Of a stretch of DNA of 64,000 nucleotides, positions 51,426 through 64,000 are shown piece after piece. The DNA lies in assembly GCF_009914755.1 (NCBI RefSeq), contig NC_060926.1. One strand, written 5' to 3'. The stretch comes from the human T2T-CHM13v2.0 reference genome, Homo sapiens. Position 1 is the first letter of the stretch. Each line of letters opens with the position of its first letter. Position numbers and translations under genes: made by a program. The notes under the pieces are model-generated. The model had not been told where the DNA came from, searched no databases, and saw nothing but the letters and a program-made list of their open reading frames with translations.

Positions 51426-52439
51426 ATGGGGAAAAAACAGAGCAGAAAAACTGGAAACTCTAAAAATCAGAGCACCTCTCCTCCTCCAAAGGAACGCAGC
51501 TCCTCACAAGCAATGGAACAAAGCTGGAAGGAGAATGACGTTGATGAGTTGAGAGAAAAAGGCTTCAGACGATCAAACTACTCCGAGATTAAGGAGGAAG
51601 TTCGAACCCATGGCAAAGAAGTTAAAACCTTGGAAAAAATTAGACGAATGGCGAACTAGAATAACCAATGCAGAGAAGTCCTTAAAGGACCTGATGGAGC
51701 TGAAAACCATGGCACGAAAACTACGTGACGAATGCACAAGCCTCAGTAGCCAATTTGATCAACTGGAAGAAAGGGTATCAGTGATGGAAGATCAAATGAA
51801 TGAAATGAAGTGAGAAGAGAAGTTTAGAGAAAAAAGAATAAAAAGAAACGAACAAAGCCTCCAAGAAATATGGGACTATGTGAAAAGACCATATCTACGT
51901 CTGATTGGTGTACCTGAAAGTGACGGGGAAAATGGAACCAAGTTGGAAAACACTCTGAGGGATATTATCCAGCAGAACTTCCCCAATCTAGCAAGGCAGG
52001 CCAACATTCAAATTTAGGAAATACAGAGAATGCTACAAAGATACTCCTCGAGAAGAGCAACTCCAAGACACATAATTGTCAGATTCACCAAAGTTGAAAT
52101 GAAGGGAAAATGTTAAGGGCAGCCAGAGAGAAAGGTCGGGTTACCCACAAGGGGAAGCCCATCAGACTAACAGCTGATCTCTCGGCAGAAACTCTACAAG
52201 CCAGAAGACAGTGGGGGCCAATATTCAACATTCTTAAAGAAAAGAATTTTTAACCCAGAATTTCATATCCAGCCAAACTAAGCTTCGTAAGTGAAGGAGA
52301 AATAAAATACTTTACAGACAAACAGATGCTGAGAGATGTTGTCACCACCAGGCCTGCCCTAAAAGAGCTCCTGAAGGAAGCACTAAACATGGAAAGGAAC
52401 AACTGGTACCAGCCACTGCAAAAACATGCCAAATTGTAA
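51426..52439 (+). pseudogene. disrupted L1 ORF1p
   Basis: MGKKQSRKTGNSKNQS start; frameshift near 51640, stop at 51811, and TAA at 52251. Confidence 0.93.
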
Positions 52440-52502
52440 AGACCGTTGAGGCTAGGAAGAAACTGCATCAACTAACGAGCAAAATAACCAGCTAACATCA
52501 TA

Positions 52503-56333
<3,831 letters not shown>

Positions 56334-57306
56334 ACAATGAGAACACACGGACACAGGAAGGGGAACATCACACCAGGGCCTGTTGTGGGGTGGGGGAAGG
56401 GGGGAGGGATAGCATTAGGAGATACACCTAATGTTAAATGACGAGTTAATGGGTGCAGCACACCAACATGGCACATGTATACATATGCAACAAACCTGCA
56501 CGTTGTGCACATGTACCCTAAAACTTAAAGTATAATAAAAAAATAAAAATAAAAAAAAGTAATGTCAAAACCGCAAAAAAAAAAAGTTACTTGAACTTGT
56601 TTTGCACTGTTATTTTATGAGGCCCTGTAAACTTTCTTCTCTTTTGATATGTTTATTCCTGTGTGAGATAGCATTGCTTTAAATTTTCACTACCTGCTAA
56701 CTAAAACAGCCTCAAAATGAAGCTGAAGATGTGATGTACATAGACTCACCCTAGTTTTCTTCTCAAGAATAGTTAAACTGACTTGAACATTTTTTATTCC
56801 AGTAGAATCATGAGTGGTTTGAAAGTTGTCCCTTGCCAAGAATCCTTAAAACTAGTATATTAAAAAGCTCAGGATCCTAAACCACCAGAGAATTATGAGT
56901 GACTGTCATTCACCAAAAATACCTCACATATGATATTAATAACACAGTCCAGGTCTTCTGAATATTTTTTCCAGGTGAAGATAATAGTTTAAGATGTAAT
57001 ATTTACAAATCTTCATGTACACCCAAGTCAGTTCGAAATATATTTGCTTAATTTGCTTCATGTATGTATCAGTCTGTGGCTGCTTTTAACTTTTGTGTTT
57101 AATGTCAAATATTTAAATTTCTTGAAATGAGTTTGCAGCTTCTAAATCCAAGTGCTTAGAATGGTGCTAAGCACATAGTAAGTTTTCAATATATGCTAAC
57201 ATCCTTATGGTATCATTCCCTTACTTATCCCATAGAGAAATTGAAAAGGACACAAAGAAGACCCATGCCCCTTTTCATTAGTACTTTCTGATATTAAGAC
57301 TACTTA

Positions 57307-57604
<298 letters not shown>

Positions 57605-57774
57605 TTAAAATTCTTAAAATAATTAATTTACCAAGCACAGCAGGGCTGCAAATTCACTACTGTTAAGAATTCTAATATGTCTTAAATGGTATATTTTAAA
57701 TAAGTTTAAATGTTTATGTGTGCTAAAATATAAATGCCTTCTCTTTATTTTCAGTGGACAGTTGAACACCAGAT

Positions 57775-58417
57775 TTTATTTTATTTTTTTCAACTTAACT
57801 TTAGGGGTACATGTGCAGGATGTGTAGGTTGGTTACATAGGTAAACATGTGCCATGGTGATTTACTACACAGGTCATCCCATCACCCAAGTATTAAGCCC
57901 AGTGTCCATTGGCTATTCTTCCTGATGCTCTCCCTCCACCCCCAACAGGTGCCCAGTGTGTACTATTCCTCCCCATGTGTCCAAGTATTCTCATCAATCA
58001 ACTCCCACTTATAAGTGAGAAAATGCAGCGTTTGGTTTTCTGTTCCTGCGTTAGTTTGCTGAAGATAGTGGCTTCCAACTCCATCCATGTCCCTGCAAAG
58101 GACAGGATCTCATTTCTTGTTATGGCTGCATAGTATTCTATGGTGTATATGTACCATATTTTCTTTATCCAATCTATCATTGACAGACATTTAGGTTGAT
58201 TCCTTTAGGTTGATGACTTTGCTATTGTCAATAGTGCTACAATGAACTTATGCATGCCTGTATCTTTATAACAGACGGATTTATATTCCTTTAAATATAT
58301 ACCCAGTATTGGGATTGCTGGGCCAAATGGTATTTCTGCCTCTAGGTCTCTGAGGAATCACCACACTGTCTTTCACAATGGTTGAACTCATTTACACTCC
58401 CACCAGCAGTGTAAAAG
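57775..58417 (-). mobile_element. 5'-truncated L1 (L1PA8/10-like) 3' end
   Basis: 3' UTR and ORF2 C-terminus (MIDWIKKIWYIYTIEYYAA); TSD gttgaacaccagatttt/gttgaacatcatatttt. Confidence 0.9.
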
Positions 58418-59487
58418 TTGAACATCATATTTTTTAAAACCCTCAAATCTCTCACAGTAGAAAAGGCAATGATTTTGAGCAAAATTCTTATATATTAGTA
58501 TTATCTCTTTACTGTGCTTGTCCATATTTCTTGGCTCAGTACCAAAGCATTTGTTAAGTGAGGGAGGTTTAGCCAGATTGATACTTGTAAGCACAACATG
58601 TGAAATATTATTTCCTGAAATGATATCATCATGAATGACATAATGCTGAAACTCAGACATTCTGAGAGGTAAGTCAGACTGTAGTGTGCTGCTTTAATAT
58701 GGATTGACATTTTCTTCATGGCCCTACTTTTTTAATAGTCTACTCATCATTTCCTTCAATGCATTTTCTTATGGTGGAATGGTTTGGTCTATTATTACTG
58801 AATCTGCACTTATTCTTCTGTATAAATTAAATAACTAAATAAATTACACCATGAAATGAACGTGTCCCTCTCAAAATCAGTACCATGCTCTCTCCAGACT
58901 GGAAGCATTTTGTTTAACATTTTCAGATACAATCCAGGAGCTTTGAGGTCAACTGAGAAGAAAAGGGGAACTGTGCCCCAGTTGAAGCCCAGAATTCTTT
59001 GCATTTGCACCTTGTGAACGCAGAGAGTATAAGAGGCTGGTTAGAGGAACCTGAAGAGAGGTTCCCCATGCATATGAGATAAGGAGCTTTTGGAAGACAA
59101 AGATGACTAATAATTATAGCTAACAGCAGAAATACATATATAATTATATTCACACACAATGTGTATTTGTATGTACATATATACACACATCTATAAATAT
59201 ACATATTCATTTTTGCTTTAAAGATACAGTATTTAAACTTATTTTTGTTTAGATATTTGCTCATCCTCAAATAATTAACAGAGGTTAACATTCAAAGGGA
59301 AAAATGACCTAGACATTCCAATAGATGACAAGTTAATAAAAGCCAATACAAATGTGACTCCTTAAAAATTAATGCCAAAAAAGTTAATGCTATGGCTTAT
59401 TAAAGTAGAAGTAAAATGCTCAGTTCAAGAGTGGTTATAACTATGCTGTGATCAGTTAATTTCTCTGAAGACAATGGGCTCAAGCTA

Positions 59488-59634
59488 CAATTTTGCCAAT
59501 TTTGTTGATATTTTGTAAGAACCGACTTTTGATTTTGTTGCTTTTCTCTACTGTTGTTCTGTTCTCTATTTCATTTATTTCCACTGTGATCTATATTAGT
59601 TCCTTCATTCTGCTTGCTTTGGATTTAATTTTCT
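59488..59634 (-). mobile_element. old L1M ORF2 fragment, inverted continuation of 46985-50430
   Basis: Minus strand agaaaattaaatccaaagcaagcagaatgaaggaactaatatagatc...atcaacaaaattggc continues the L1M ORF2 where it stops at 50430. Confidence 0.85.

Positions 59635-64000
<4,366 letters not shown>

Overview
Hominid (most likely human or other great ape) genomic DNA, judged from AluY/AluS/AluJ, L1PA4-type and SVA content. I recognise no intact cellular protein-coding gene. The left part (1-25 kb) has a strong CpG-island promoter at ~8.2-9.95 kb, probably the 5' end of a minus-strand gene I cannot name. It also has a candidate small exon, a 38-bp VNTR, many Alus, and an old ~0.8-kb local duplication whose left copy later received a MER85 and an Alu. 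The right part (25-64 kb) is almost entirely nested, decayed LINE-1, with an SVA, a solo ERV1 LTR and Tigger-family MITEs. I find no new enzymatic or biological system. The most notable signal is structural. The target-site duplication and interrupted host L1M of the full-length + strand L1 (50431) reappear inverted behind the poly(A) of the minus-strand L1 (59618-59634). This implies the segment between the two L1s was inverted by L1-L1 recombination, and the two L1s share many non-consensus substitutions. Several small templated-insertion and fold-back repair scars are also visible. Repeat subfamily calls and consensus comparisons are from memory, and boundaries are approximate.
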